Translations under genes and position numbers: made by a program
Assembly (NCBI RefSeq): GCF_011745625.1
Contig: NW_027191453.1
Location: 682,001 to 746,000 of the forward strand
Length of the DNA stretch: 64,000 bases
Direction: 5' to 3'
From: Cladosporium halotolerans
Lineage: Eukaryota
Notes under the pieces: model-generated
Database searches by the model: none
Told to the model about the DNA's origin: nothing
Seen by the model: the letters and a program-made list of their open reading frames with translations, nothing else
Shown here: positions 28,313 through 41,146 of the stretch, piece after piece
Position numbering within the stretch: position 1 is the stretch's first letter
How the letters are laid out: each line of letters starts with the position of its first letter

Positions 28313-31134
28313 GGTCGCTGAAATTGCCTCTTGGTGTGTAGATATCTGTTCTTTACACCGGAATTGCGCTGGTTTGGGGATTTGCGCTGAAATCAGGTGG
28401 TGGAAGGCATCTTAATAAATGCGGTTGACATTTTGTTTGCGACAAACGAGAGACGGCGGCGTTTGGTTGCATCTGTAGACATCCGAAATGTGCTGTGACA
28501 GCTCAGGCCAGACGAATGCTTTCACCTCGCGATTCTCGACCAGCAGTCACTGCGTCAATGCTATGGGAGCTTGATAAGAAGAGCTGACTGTCAAGAAAAT
28601 ACCCTTTGTGGGTCTGAGACCAGTATCAATGTGAATGTCGTTTTGTCGCACAGTAGTTGTTGAAGTCGCGTTGAATTCACACGCGCGGTTCCACGCTGGA
28701 GCCAGCGACTTGATCCATTGTGCACAATAATTCATCCAATTTTCTGAGAAAGTAATCTTGATCAAAGTACTGTGTGCACTTGAGCAATAAGATGATGGGA
28801 GTGACGTACGGACGATATTGCTGCCTGAGGCACTACATCTCCAAGCTTTCAGCCACCAAGCTCCTTGTCTTCTTAAATCAACTACACATCTTCAACCTCC
28901 GCAAATGACGTGCATATTGAGTGGAGGACAGAACATCCACAGCGATGAAACAGAGCCTGCACTAGCACACGCCCGGACTGATGATCTGGAGAACTGTTCA
29001 AATGCTCCAGTGATCTACATAAATACACGTGGGAAAAGAATCCAGTGGGTGGTCTCCACGCGGCATGACACACGCACCGATCTTCGAGACGGCTTTGCTC
29101 CCCAGAGACTCTGCGCGAGGGTTTGAAACGGAGCAAGCGATATGCGACTTCACCTCGAAGACACTCTGAATGCTCGGCGATAAGACCGCTCTTCTTATCA
29201 CATTCGGCCCTTCTCCAGCGTGCATCATCCTGATGCCGTGGGGCGCTTCTAACTTCCTGGGGCTCCCACAACACAGCCCCAGCATCAACTCCAGGCTCAA
29301 CCCGCAGACCCTCGACAAGAAGAAGTGGGTTGGAAGTCTTGTCGCCTCCACCCCAAGCCGCTGGCGGAGATGAGCAAACTCTAGCCCACATAGTGAGACA
29401 CGGCCATGCACCTGCATACGGATCCCGGGAAGCGAGAGATACGCGCCATAGGCGCCTGTTGCGCGTGCTGTATCTCATTGTATGCAACAGCAAGGTTGAT
29501 CGCAGTTGTGATGCGGAAATGGATTCTCGCCATTCTTTCTCGCGCACTGCCGACCATCATTGTAAGCATTCCTTCGGCGGAAAGACATTCAGCCGGTCGC
29601 AGCAAATACATCAACTCCCAAATATCCGAGGACGTACCTCCGCATGCACCCCGTGCGCATGTGATGGTATCCACAACGTACTCGCGATCATCGTATGGAG
29701 AACGGATGCCGACCTTTAACGGCGCACCTGCGTTTATTTGCGCTCGCGAAAGACAAGACGAACGCAGGTAAGCGAGGGCAACGTCGGTAGAGATGCACGG
29801 TCGGGTTCGATCGCGTAATGGCTCCCAATGAGATTGCTGTGCGGTCAAGGCCACACGGCTTGGTCGGTATTGTCCGACTCGAAGCGGAGATCGTCTAATT
29901 ACTTCCAACCGTCGTCGAAGAGACACACGACGCCGGACCCGCCGTAAAATCCCGGGTTGGCAAATCAACGCTGGCAGGCGAATGACAGAAAGCACCGCTT
30001 CCTGCCCTCAGCCCCGAATCCCTCCACATAGATGGACCGCGGGGAGACTGTGACAATCCATCACATGCTAGCAGACCCACGCGGTAGATGGTGCGAATCC
30101 TATCGCCGACGAGAAATCATGCGCACGCGCGGTCGCACGACATGCCTCGGCGGTGAGCATACAGTAATTCAACGATTGCCTCAATCTTCAGCCCTTGCAG
30201 CTATCGCGCAATAATGTGATGCTTGCGACGTCAGCGGCTTGTTGAGCAAGCGTCAAGGCTACGCTTCCGGCGCCCTCTCGCTGAAGTCTCTGCACTTGGC
30301 TCCTTGTCGTACTTCGCACGAGGCTTGTGTGTGGGCGAGGCGGAAGAACTGCGGTAGGACCGGGCCAAGAAACACTAGCCCGAGAGTGAATCCACTTCTG
30401 CCGAGCTCACAAGGACAAGCTGCAAGAAGAACTGCCACCGCAGCGTCAAGTGTGTTTGGCTTTTTTAGCAGCTCGCTTCCTTCCATTGGCAGCGAGGGAC
30501 GTTGATAACTCTGCAACAGCTTTTTTTTTGCCCTGCAGCGAAGGCGTCGGTATGACGGCGCCGGTGAGAGCTTGAAGACGTCTGCGGCATACGAGCCGCG
30601 ACGGGAGCAGATCTGGTGGCGCTCTCCGAGCGGATGGGCGTTCGCAATTCGTCGGTGCTCGATGACATACGCCAAGCGATTCATCGGCCCCGGACTAATC
30701 ACCAACAAACCACGGTTATTGGTAAGGATCGGAACCTTGTTCTACGTTTTCGCCAGGCGAGCAAACGCCGAACACGTCTAGCACCTCAATCCGCGCCGGA
30801 AGAGCCTCAAAGTGGCAATGCTGCGGGCGACTGCACGTGGCAAGCATTTCGCTTGGTCCCACCAAGTCTGTGAGGCGCCGAGTCCGTGCTCCACCCCCAA
30901 GCCCCCCAGCACTCCTCACACTCCATACGCCCCGGCGTGACTGGCCCCAGACGATGTCATTACCCTACGTGCGGCGCTGCCGTGAAGCAGTGGCCAAGCC
31001 GGTCAAACCTTTTGTCGTTGTGTCTTAGTCGCCCCACAGCCGTCGGTGACGGTGGGTCGTCGTTGTAGCCCGCTGCCGCATAACGCGCCTGGTGTTGTGG
31101 TGGCCGAACCCTCTGCGTTCGAACGATCGATGCC

Positions 31135-31141
31135 TATATAA
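31135..31141 (+). promoter_or_regulatory. Putative TATA box of the STL1-like gene
   Basis: TATATAA about 75 nt upstream of the ATG, followed by a CT-rich tract. Confidence 0.55.
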
Positions 31142-31215
31142 CAGGCCGCCCGCCTCTGTAGAGTCCCTTCTCCGCGATCTCCCACACTTGTTCATCACTC
31201 CACAATCGCTTCATT

Positions 31216-32904
31216 ATGGGTAAAAGGCAAGGTCACACCAGCACAGGCGTGCCCACCTACTGGGGCGCTTCCGGCAGGAAGCTCCAGATGCTCATTACCA
31301 CCGTCGCGACTACCGACTTCTTGCTCTTCGGTTATGACCAGGGTGTCATGTCTGGTATTATCTCGTCCTCGGCGTTCGTCAACCGTTTCCCCGAGGTCAA
31401 CAAGGACGAGCAATATCGCACATGGGAGGGATTCATTGTCTCCATCTACGCTGTCGGATGCTTCTTCGGCGCCTGCTTCATTCTGCAACTCGGTGACTGG
31501 CTCGGTCGCCGCAAGTCTATCTTCATCGGTGCCTGGACTATGATCATCGGTGTGATTATCCAGGTCACTGCGATGCCCAAGACCGAAGGCATTATGGGTC
31601 AGAGCGTCGGCGCCACCGCACAGTTCATCGTTGGTCGATTCCTCACTGGTATTGGCAACGGTATCAACACCTCGACCGTGCCCACCTACCAGGCGGAGTG
31701 CTCCAAGTCCCACAACCGTGGCAAGCTCATCTGCATTGAGGGCGGCAACGTCGCTATCGGAACTCTTATCGCCTACTGGATCGATTTCGGTTGTCTCTAC
31801 GGTCCTCCTGAGCTCACCTGGAGGTTCCCCATCGCCTTCCAGTGTGTTTTCGCCTTTATCGTCCTCGTTCTCATGCTGGGTCTTCCCGAATCGCCTAGAT
31901 GGCTCATGACGAAGGACCGCAGCGAGGAGGCTACTGTCATCCTGGCTGCCCTTGCCGAGAAGCCCGTCGATGACGAGGAGGTTGCTCTTCAGGCCAACGT
32001 TATCGCGGATGCCATCAGGGCCAGTGGCGGCGATGGCCACAGCACCCCTCTGAAGATTCTTTTCACCGGCGGCAAGACTCAGCACGCTCGCCGTCTTTTC
32101 CTCGGAGCTGGTTCCCAGATGATGCAGCAGCTGTCTGGCTGCAACGCCGTCATCTACTACTTCCCCATTCTGTTCCAGCAGTCTATCCTCCAGTCCGACA
32201 GCGAGTCTTCCCACACTCTGGCTCTGCTTCTCGGAGGTATCAACATGGTTGTCTACTCCATTTTCGCCACCACTTCATGGTTCGCTGTTGAGCGTGTCGG
32301 TCGCCGTAAGCTCTTCCTGATCGGTACCGTTGGCCAGTGCTTGTCCATGGTGCTCGCCTTCGGTGCCCTCGTACCCGGCACTGCAAGCGCCGCCAAGGGT
32401 GCTGCTGTTGGTTTCTTCACCTACATCGCCTTCTTTGGTGCCACCTGGCTTCCTCTGCCTTGGCTGTACCCGGCCGAGATCAACCCTCTCAGGACTCGCG
32501 CCAAAGCCAACGCCCTCTCCACCACCTCCAACTGGATCTGGAACTTCTTCATCGTCATGATTACTCCCGTGCTCATCGCCTCTATCGACTGGGGAACCTA
32601 CCTCTTCTTCGCCGTCCTCAACGCGATCTTCCTTCCCATCCTCTGGTTCTTCTACCCCGAGACCGCCGGTCGCTCCCTCGAGGAGATTGATCTCATCTTC
32701 GCCAAGGGCTACCTCGAGAACATGAGCTACGTCCACGCCGCGCAGAACCTGCCCAAGATCGCCGACCACGAAGTCGACCAGCGCGCTCGCGAGTTCGGTT
32801 TCGTCTCTTCCGATGAGGAGGGTCCTGCCATCAAGGACAAGGAGACCCGCGACGTTGAGAAGGCTGAGGGCATCAACACCAACCCTGGTGGCCAGGCCGC
32901 GTAA
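31216..32904 (+). CDS. MFS sugar porter, STL1-like (glycerol/polyol:H+ symporter clade)
   Basis: FLLFGYDQGVMSGII, GDWLGRR, PTYQAECS..HNRGKL, WRFPIAFQ, LPESPRWL, QQLSGCNAVIYY, ERVGRRKL, WLYPAEINPLRTR, YPETAGRSLEEID. Intronless. Confidence 0.93.
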   Translation: MGKRQGHTSTGVPTYWGASGRKLQMLITTVATTDFLLFGYDQGVMSGIISSSAFVNRFPEVNKDEQYRTWEGFIVSIYAVGCFFGACFILQLGDWLGRRKSIFIGAWTMIIGVIIQVTAMPKTEGIMGQSVGATAQFIVGRFLTGIGNGINTSTVPTYQAECSKSHNRGKLICIEGGNVAIGTLIAYWIDFGCLYGPPELTWRFPIAFQCVFAFIVLVLMLGLPESPRWLMTKDRSEEATVILAALAEKPVDDEEVALQANVIADAIRASGGDGHSTPLKILFTGGKTQHARRLFLGAGSQMMQQLSGCNAVIYYFPILFQQSILQSDSESSHTLALLLGGINMVVYSIFATTSWFAVERVGRRKLFLIGTVGQCLSMVLAFGALVPGTASAAKGAAVGFFTYIAFFGATWLPLPWLYPAEINPLRTRAKANALSTTSNWIWNFFIVMITPVLIASIDWGTYLFFAVLNAIFLPILWFFYPETAGRSLEEIDLIFAKGYLENMSYVHAAQNLPKIADHEVDQRAREFGFVSSDEEGPAIKDKETRDVEKAEGINTNPGGQAA

Positions 32905-35222
32905 AGAGTTGGATTGTCATGAAATACATTGAGGCTGAGCCTCTTATGAGATACCCGGAGGTTGGCTCGACTCGTCATTTGGTACGATGTCGTCGACTTC
33001 ATTCATGACGAGGACATGCTTTTTAGAATCGCAAAGATATCCCACCTGCTCGAGAAAGAGTGAGGGCAGGCTCTCGTATAAACGTTATAGATATAGACAT
33101 AGAATCGGACATAAAGGTCTCGTTCTCTCTCTGCATTATGCTCGCCTCATGAATATCACAGACCAATACAATTCATCTGGTGATGGGAATCTCACCTCAC
33201 GCGCTAATTCAGTATCTCGTCGCCAACCATCCGGGATTGGTATCTTCACCGTGCCACGCCTCTGCGCCTCCAACCACTTTGCGCGCATGTTCCGGAGAAC
33301 ACTCCTTTGGACGATAAGCATCGTCTTGCAACTACACACCTTGCACGCTCGATACGCTCAAAACGCAAGGCTACGCCTTAGTCTTCATTGCCACGTCAAA
33401 TCAAGCAATCCCAGAAATTATCCGGTGTCAGAAATACTCAACGGCTTGGAAGACTCAACGGCCGCTTCATGCCAGTCAACTCTCGGGTTGCTACGTGACT
33501 AGCCTTCTAGCACAGGCCCGAACCATCAGGCGGATAATGATGTGGTAAAGCATCGTATGCTTCGAGGCCCGTGCCAGACAGTCCATAGGGTTGCCGCGTT
33601 CTTTTCGAGCAGCTCGCTACGAACGACGTCTCTAAATTGTTGCCTCAGGCCCCCGGGAACGCAGCACAAATTGCGCAAGGCCTTCCCGTCTCTCCAGCCC
33701 ACCACCTGCGGCAACGGGCTCCCATCCGGTCTCCTCCGACTTTTGCATCCCTCGCAGCTGACAAAAAGCCCCATGGCAATCTCGCATCCTCCCATGCCTC
33801 CATACCCAACATTACGAGCGACAAGGCCAACGCCGCCCACTTAGCCAGCCGCCGAGCAATCCACATCGCGCGCATCGCGCGTCGGCCGCGCGCGCCGCGT
33901 CGCAGACGAGATGGCAGAGGCACCGCCGTAGTCCCGAGCAGCGGCGCTATCGCGGCGCCTCTCCCCTTGCCCGATCCCCGGAAAAACCAGCGCCTGATTT
34001 TCGCAGCCCGACGGACCCTGTCGTCAGCGGCGTCTGGGGAGTTGGTGATGGGGGAGAGACCTGAGAGGCCTTCTTGGCGCGCCTTGGTCGCCCTCGTTGT
34101 GGGCCCGATGGGCGTGTCGGGAGAGGCTGATTCAGTTCACCGTAGGCCGAGGGGCGGAGCCGGCGAGGACTTTTGGCACGCGTGGATGCGTGGGTGTGGG
34201 TGTCCATCCCGTCCTGCGTTGCGTGGTGGTTGATCTACCGTATGGTGGTGGTGTGTTGGTCAAGGGTTAGGGTGTTTGAGGTGATTTGGCAAAATCGTGG
34301 CACGGCTTGTGCCGGTGTTGGTTGCGCTGATCGACCTTGCGTGTGTTCGATGCTGATCTGAATTGCTGATTCTCGTTTGCGACGGCTGCTCGAGTGAGAA
34401 ATGTAAAAGCAGTCCCGATTGCGCCAGACTTGCCGAGTCGCGAGGTAGTCTTCGTTACATTGCTATGTGTCGGTCACTGTCATCCCAAATTCAGTACCGC
34501 ATTAACGGTACGTTCGATGGGGATTCAGGATCATTTGAGGCCACATCTCGAAACGCCAGGTCTACCTTAGTCGCAATCATCCAAATACGCAATATCAGCT
34601 TGGTTCTTGTTTTGACCAGAGAGGATCAATCGTCACCCAAACCGCTCTGACAAATCTTTTATGTCATCTAACGACGACGTCAACATAGATTTCCACTTTG
34701 GACCACTCTTTTGAACGGAATGTATCTTTTCATGAAAGACTTCCCGTTGTCGGTAGCCGTAAGCTTGAGGAACGCCTGATTTTGCGGCTAGTTGAATTAT
34801 TGTCTTACTCACAAGCACCAAGCAAGGATTCTGTACGCATGATCACTTGCCCCTGCAGTGTCAAGTATCAGACTGGACTTCACGCCATCAACGGCCGTAT
34901 CAGCTCCCCGCGCCGAGAACTGATTGGCTTCCTTCTCGCCAAAACAGCCCAAACCGGCTCCTGATACGAGACAGCGAACGCTTTCGCGTTGTTTTCAGCT
35001 GGGAATCCTCCAGCTGATTGGAGTGCACATAATATTATCGCATGCTTGCACCCACACATATTCTCAAGAGGTCGTCTCCACGTCATCGACGGTGTAACAA
35101 GCATAGTAAACCATACACATAGCAAAGACCCAGCTCCGCTCGGACAACTGGCTTGCCATCGGGACACCGCGACAACGGACCGTTCGATGACCACAACCCG
35201 CTTCTCATCAGACTTCTCAAAG

Positions 35223-37259
35223 ATGGCCCTCGGCCTTCCCCTTTCGCCACTACTACAGCCCTTCCTCATCCTCCTCCTAACCTACCTATCTTACACCATT
35301 GTCACAACTTTCCTCTCACGCGCCCGCTTCCGCGCTTTTGCACGCCAACATGGATGCGTGGATCCTCACGACGCCAGCGGGCCTTTCCCTTACGGCTTAC
35401 AGCTGATACGGCGGATAGCGTGCGTGAGCAGAGCGCTGCTTTTCTTTTGCCCTCGCGATCGTGTGGACTGGCAGCGTTGACGCAGCAATAGGCGCTCGCA
35501 AGCCACCGGCGAGGATGTGCTGGACGATATCCTGCTACCGCAGTTTCAGGGGAAGCAGACGATTAAAAAGACGGTAGGTCGGGGCATGAAGCGTTGCGGT
35601 CCCTTCAGCTGTTTCAATTTTACTTCTCACGTCTTCAAATCGAACGAACCAAAGCCGCCGAGGGACGTCTGCTAACGTGCAAACCCGAACGACTAGGTCC
35701 TCGACGGCCAAACGATGCTCCTGACGACCGAGCCCGCAAACCTCCAAGCCATGCTCGCGAACCAATTCTCCGTAAGCCCATCAAGAAACCCCCAACACCA
35801 ACCACCCCAACTCCAAAACTAACCCCCGCCCCCCAGGACTTCGAAACAGGCGCCGTACGTCCCCCTCCCCCTGCCTCCACCACCCACTCTGACCCACGAT
35901 CCCTCCAGAACCGGCGCGCCGTCTTCCACCCGCTCCTCGGCAACTCGATCTTCAGCAGCGACGGCGCCGCCTGGAAGCACGCGCGCGCGCTGCTCCGGCC
36001 CTCCTTCTCGCGCGACAGCGTCAACAACCTCGCCTTCACCTCTCAGTCTGCCGATGCCCTGATCGCCGCGCTAGGCGAGCCCGATGCCGCGACGGGCTGG
36101 ACGCCCGCGCGCGACGCGCAGCCGCTGTTCCTGTGCTTTACGATGGACACGGCGACGGAGTTTCTGTTCGGGCGGAGCGTCGGGGCGCTGGAGGCTGTGC
36201 TTGGGGGCGGGGGAGGGGAGGGCGCGGAGGCGGCGTCGGGGGAGTTTGGGGAGGCGCTGAGGGTCGCGGGGGATTATTTGATCACGAGGATTAGGCTGGG
36301 GGGGCTGTATTGGGTTGCGGACGGGTGGGGGTTTCGGCGGGCGGCGGGGAGGGTGAGGCGGTTTGTGGAGGGGTTTGTGGGGAGGGCGGTGGAGAAGGCG
36401 GAGAAGGGGGGAGGGGGAGGGGGAGGGGAGTTTGGGCTGTTGGAGGCGCTGGTGGCGCAGACGAAGGATAAGGAGGATCTGGTTTCGCAGTCGTTGGGTA
36501 TGTTGGTTGCGGTCGTTGGCCTGATGTGCATTTGGGGAGAGCTGACGGGACGATAGCGGTCATGTTCGCCGGGCGTGACACGACGGCCGGTCTGCTCGGG
36601 TGGTGCCTCATGCGCCTCGCGCTCCACCCGGACGTATTCGAGAGTCTTCGCGCCGCGGTCCTACGCGAGATTCCCGCGGCCGAGCAACCTACCTTCTCGC
36701 AGCTCAAAGGCTGCCGCCCGCTACAGCATTTCCTCCAAGAGGTGCTGCGCTTGCACTCGACGGTGCCGTTCAACAACCGCGTCGCGATCAGAGACACCAC
36801 CTTGCCTGTGGGCGGCGGGCCGGATCAGAGCTCGCCTGTCGCCGTCCGCAAGGGGCAGGTGGTGACTTTCAGCGTGTACGCCATGCACCGACGGACGGAC
36901 CTCTGGGGAGAGGACGCGCTGGAGTTCAGGCCGAGCCGTTTCGAGGTGAGGGTCCCGGCGTGGCAGTGGCTGCCGTTCTTGGGTGGGCCGAGGGTGTGTT
37001 TGGGGCAGCAGTTTGCGCTCACGGAGGCTGGGTTTTTGCTTGTTAGGTTGCTGCGGGAGTTTGATCAGGTGCAGCCCGTGGATGAGGTGGAGATGAAGAA
37101 GATGAGGAAGGGGTTGGGTTTGACTATGTGTAAGTCTGAACTACCTGTCTGTTTCTTGGATACCGTTGGCGGAAAGCCGAGAGTGATATGCTAACAACAG
37201 CCTGGACAGGGCCTGCCGATGGGGTCAAAGTTCGACTGCACAAGGCGGAATCTCAGTGA
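35223..37259 (+). CDS. Cytochrome P450, CYP52 clan (alkane/fatty-acid hydroxylase-like), 7 exons
   Basis: N-terminal TM anchor; EPANLQAMLA.QF | DFETGA | FHPLLGNSIFSSDG..WKH.RALLRP.F; I-helix AGRDTTA; ExxR (EVLR); FRPSRF; heme motif FLGGPRVCLG; last exon WPADGVKVRLHKAESQ*. Confidence 0.92.
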
Positions 37260-38491
37260 ACGCATGATCCGACGTGAATCGGAGTCGGAACGAAGTGTCC
37301 GAAGAAGATCGGTGTGGCGCCATAAGTCCAGGTAGATAGATCTTTTTCGAGATGCGGTACATGGAGGGTCCGCCAATGGTCGATGGGTACACAGCAATGC
37401 ATGCACGCCCCTTCACACTCGTGTCGTACAGCAAAGCGCACAATAATGCACAGCGGACAGAAAGTGGCAGGTGCTATGCGTCCCACGGCATGGAGGACGC
37501 CACCGCTGCAGGCGGGACACATGGCGATCCTGCAGGCTCTAAGGCGTGTCGTACGCCAAGGTCGAGGCGAGTGGGCGTGAGGACGTCTGATACCATAGCT
37601 CGCAGCCAGATGCTTCTTTGACAGCGTCAATCATCCCGTTGGACCACGGCGCTTGTTGGAACCGTGGTAGATGGGCGCGCGGGTCTGTTTCAAGTGGCTT
37701 TTACTGCCCCTGTCCCTGCCATTGTTGGGCCAGCTTCCACAGCAAATGTCGTGACGCCTGAGGCACATATACAGCATGTACATGTACTCGCGCAACGATG
37801 CCCCTCGCTGCACGTCGGCAAGAATTTCCATCATGGTGACACCGCAGCCTTCACACCTCTCGCCAAGTCAGCTGCCAGCAGCACGCCAAGTTCGCCTGTC
37901 GACTGCTTGACACGATCGAGTCGATGACCGACATCCATCGCGTGCTTGCTGGCGATGGACACCCGGCGGACGACGCGTCAATCGACGACGCAGTGGAATA
38001 TGCATGTCAAGGGAGGGCTTGCGCACATCGAATGGCGCAGAGGCGTCGTTTGGTGTGGCATTTACCCTAAAAAGGGCGTCGGCCGACGCAGGAAGGCGGC
38101 CAATGGAGGTATGGCCGCAAGGTAGCATCCGGCGGCGGCGGGGTCGACGGGAGGCCGTGGTGCCCTACTGATTTCGCGACCACCTCCTCCCCAGCGCTAC
38201 GGACGCGTCGGTCGCGATTCTGATAGTAGCGGACGGACGGCGAGCTGCGAGGTGCAATATGAGCGGTGATATACGTGGAGTGCGGCACGCCGCGGCCTGC
38301 CTCGCCTGCCTCGCCTGCATCAGCGAATTTCCACGGAACGCCGTCGTCCCGCGCGCTGCTCCCTTCTGCCTGCCCTGGCGGAGCTGCGCGCAAGCCACGG
38401 CAAACACCAAGACACCGCGCCAGCCAACGGTGGTTCGCGAGACTCCTGAAGAGTTCGGCGGTCAGGTGCAGGCGTCTGTCCCTCGGCCAAA

Positions 38492-38516
38492 GTAGGTAGG
38501 CAGGTAGGTAGGTAGG
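38492..38516 (+). repeat. Imperfect (GTAG)n microsatellite
   Basis: gtaggtaggcaggtaggtaggtagg. Confidence 0.7.
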
Positions 38517-39397
38517 CCCCTCTGCACTCGAGAGCAGGTGTAGCAGCTGGCAGGTCCGGCGGCGCACTCACACTCCTCCCCTCCTTGCATCCGCGCGCAC
38601 CGCACATCGCCTTCCATGCCACCGGCCAGCGCTTTCTCGCTTCGTCTACTCAACCCAATCCAGCATTGACTTTGCGCCATCGCACGCTTTTGGCGCAGAA
38701 AGCACGTGGCCGACCTCGTGCGGCTCCGAGGGGTCTCGCCGCCTAGGGCAGAAAGAGCAACGAGCAGGCCTGGCCGCGGCCGCACACTCCGGGGCTACCT
38801 TGCTGCATCCCACGGCGTACCTTGGCCTACCTCGTGCTTTACGAGGCGTGGCTATTGCGCCTTCGATTCTCCCCTTGCACATGCTCGTCAATTTGCGGTT
38901 GGGACGCTCCCCGCCTGACGCTGTCCTGCCATCTCACCTCTCACTGCGACCGCTAATATCCGCCACGGCACGGCTGGGCGGGACGAACGCCACCGCGGTG
39001 TCTTTTTGAACGCCTTGCGGAGCCCCGGCGAGCGCCTTTCTAGGCTCAACGCCCTCCCAAGGCCGCCGGACGTTTTCAGCCCACTGGAGGACCAGACTTC
39101 TGCTGGCCGCACTATCGCTCGGCTCTATCTGCCGCCCTAGCCTCTCGTGCCGAGTCTCCGCAGGCCTGGCGTGAGCTGGACCTCTCCGTCTGCCAGCCTT
39201 ACTTTCCACCCGTCTTCACATTTCGCACGCCTCAAGGCCAACCTTTGCACAAGACGCATCCTGCCGCCGTCGTGCCGCTCTTTTTCACTCCTCAGTGGCG
39301 ACCGACTTGTTGGGTTTTGGCAGGATTCACAGCAGCTCGCCAACGCGGGGTTCCTCGGCCTCGGGTGGCTCGACCGTGAAACTGGGCGCCGATCCCT

Positions 39398-41146
39398 ATG
39401 ATGTCGACCCAGACCAGCGCTGCAACACCGGTGCGCGTGCCCCAACTCGCCGTGCGCAACAAGGCCGGCGCGAGCGGTGGCAGCAGCAATGCCTCCGAGG
39501 GGACAACGTCGTCGCACTCCAGCACGCGCACTACCTCACCTGGGCGCGACCGCGGCATCAGCGACGCATCGCAGCGCTCCAAGCCCAGCCAAATGGAAAC
39601 GAACGCGCGGAGGAGCGGATCGTCGCAAGGGAAACAACCGCAGCAAGCGCACAGCAGCAGCGCCGGCGGCAAGAAGAAGAACGGAGTCCTTGGTTTCCTT
39701 ACGCTCAAGGAACCCTCGACTTCCGCATTGGACCAATATGCCGAGCAACAGAAGAAGATAGCCGCGTCAAAGGGAGGACGCGCCACTGCTGCGAGTTTGT
39801 CGAGCGTCTCTATCCAGAAACTCCCAGACCACGTGCCCAAGGTGAACAGCAAATGGGACGGACTACCAGAAGACGCCCGCAAGAAGCTGGACGAAAAGCG
39901 GAGATCGCAGGATACCGGCTCACTGTTCTCGACGAGCACACGACACACGTACCGCAGTGCCAACTCCTCGTCTTCTAATAGCTCGACGTCGACCCGCCGG
40001 CCAATCGGCTCCATGTCGTCTCGACCAACGTCAATGGGATCAACTGTTCGTGGTGGTCACAAATTCACTGTCATCCACCCAACAGCGAATTACGACACCA
40101 CAACGCCCATCGCCGTGTACGCCGATCCCTATGGCGAGCCATCAACATCTCCAAACGGAACCCACCCAGCCCTGCGCCCACGAGCCCTTTCCGATGACTC
40201 GCCAACGACGATGCACTCCGCCGACAGCCCAAATGCTCTCCGATCCTCCGCAATCAGCGTCCGCCGAACCAGCGGCGCCATCCCCGCCGAACTCGCCGGC
40301 CGCGCAATCGCAGAACTCCCCGGCGACCTCCCCGCCGAGCTCCCGGGCGACGAACCACCCCAAATGGCCGGCGACGAGCCCACCGCCTACGCAACCACAC
40401 CCACCGGCGGCTCGCCCCTCACGCCGCCCGTCCACGACGTCCCGCACCACATCCCCCGCGTCGTCCGCCACGGCGCCGCCGTCGACTCCCAAGGCACAAC
40501 CTGGTACAGCGACACCGACCCCGAGAACACCTCCGCCTCCGCCTCCGACACCGACCAAGCCGTCGTCCTCCCCAAAGCCTTCCTGCACCGCCCCATGATG
40601 GAGGAAATCGCCGAGAGCCCGATCGAGTACCCCGAGACGCCCGAGGACTGGCCCCTGCCCGCCGCCGCGCGCCGCGCGCTCGAGAAAGAAGACCGCGAGC
40701 GCGACCGCGAGCGCGAAGCCTCCGCTTCCGAGTCCGAAAACCCGCGCCCCTACGACCCCTCCTCCCTCCCCGACCCCTCCCCGCCCCCCACCGACCCCCT
40801 GCCGCCCACGCCCACCTTCGTCATCCCGACCAGCATCTACTCCACGCACCGCCAGGCCAGCAACCGCCCGCCCAGCCTGGCCCCGAGCGTCGCGTCGACG
40901 ATCGACTGGCCGCTGCCGCCTTCGCACCGGCTGGCGATGGCGACGGGCGCGACGCCGCGGAAGGCGGACGTCGCGCCCTGGGAGCGGTTTGATGGGCGGG
41001 CGGAGGCGGCGGAGGCGGCTGCTGCTGCTGCTAGTGGGGGTGGGATGGGGAGTCGGAGTGTGGTGAGCGCGGGGCCTGGGGCTGGGGCGGGGGCGAGGGA
41101 GAGGGAGGGGAAGAAGAGGTTTAGTGGGATTTTGGGGAGGAAGTGA
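39398..41146 (+). CDS. Ser/Pro-rich, largely disordered hypothetical protein with a short conserved-looking core
   Basis: 582-aa ORF with core FLTLKEPSTSALDQYAE...QKLPDHVPKVNSKWDGLP, internal AELAG/AELPG repeats, and a C-terminal DVAPWE. Confidence 0.75.
   Translation: MMSTQTSAATPVRVPQLAVRNKAGASGGSSNASEGTTSSHSSTRTTSPGRDRGISDASQRSKPSQMETNARRSGSSQGKQPQQAHSSSAGGKKKNGVLGFLTLKEPSTSALDQYAEQQKKIAASKGGRATAASLSSVSIQKLPDHVPKVNSKWDGLPEDARKKLDEKRRSQDTGSLFSTSTRHTYRSANSSSSNSSTSTRRPIGSMSSRPTSMGSTVRGGHKFTVIHPTANYDTTTPIAVYADPYGEPSTSPNGTHPALRPRALSDDSPTTMHSADSPNALRSSAISVRRTSGAIPAELAGRAIAELPGDLPAELPGDEPPQMAGDEPTAYATTPTGGSPLTPPVHDVPHHIPRVVRHGAAVDSQGTTWYSDTDPENTSASASDTDQAVVLPKAFLHRPMMEEIAESPIEYPETPEDWPLPAAARRALEKEDRERDREREASASESENPRPYDPSSLPDPSPPPTDPLPPTPTFVIPTSIYSTHRQASNRPPSLAPSVASTIDWPLPPSHRLAMATGATPRKADVAPWERFDGRAEAAEAAAAAASGGGMGSRSVVSAGPGAGAGAREREGKKRFSGILGRK

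Noticed and set aside
28400..31130. CreA-type SYGGRG sites upstream of the STL1-like transporter
   Set aside because: The degenerate hexamer is expected often by chance at this GC content, so enrichment cannot be shown by eye.
33526..34233. GC-rich ORFs between the STL1-like gene and the P450
   Set aside because: The translations are low-complexity and Arg/Pro/Ala-rich in several frames with no family motif. They are better explained by the local skew and GC pattern.
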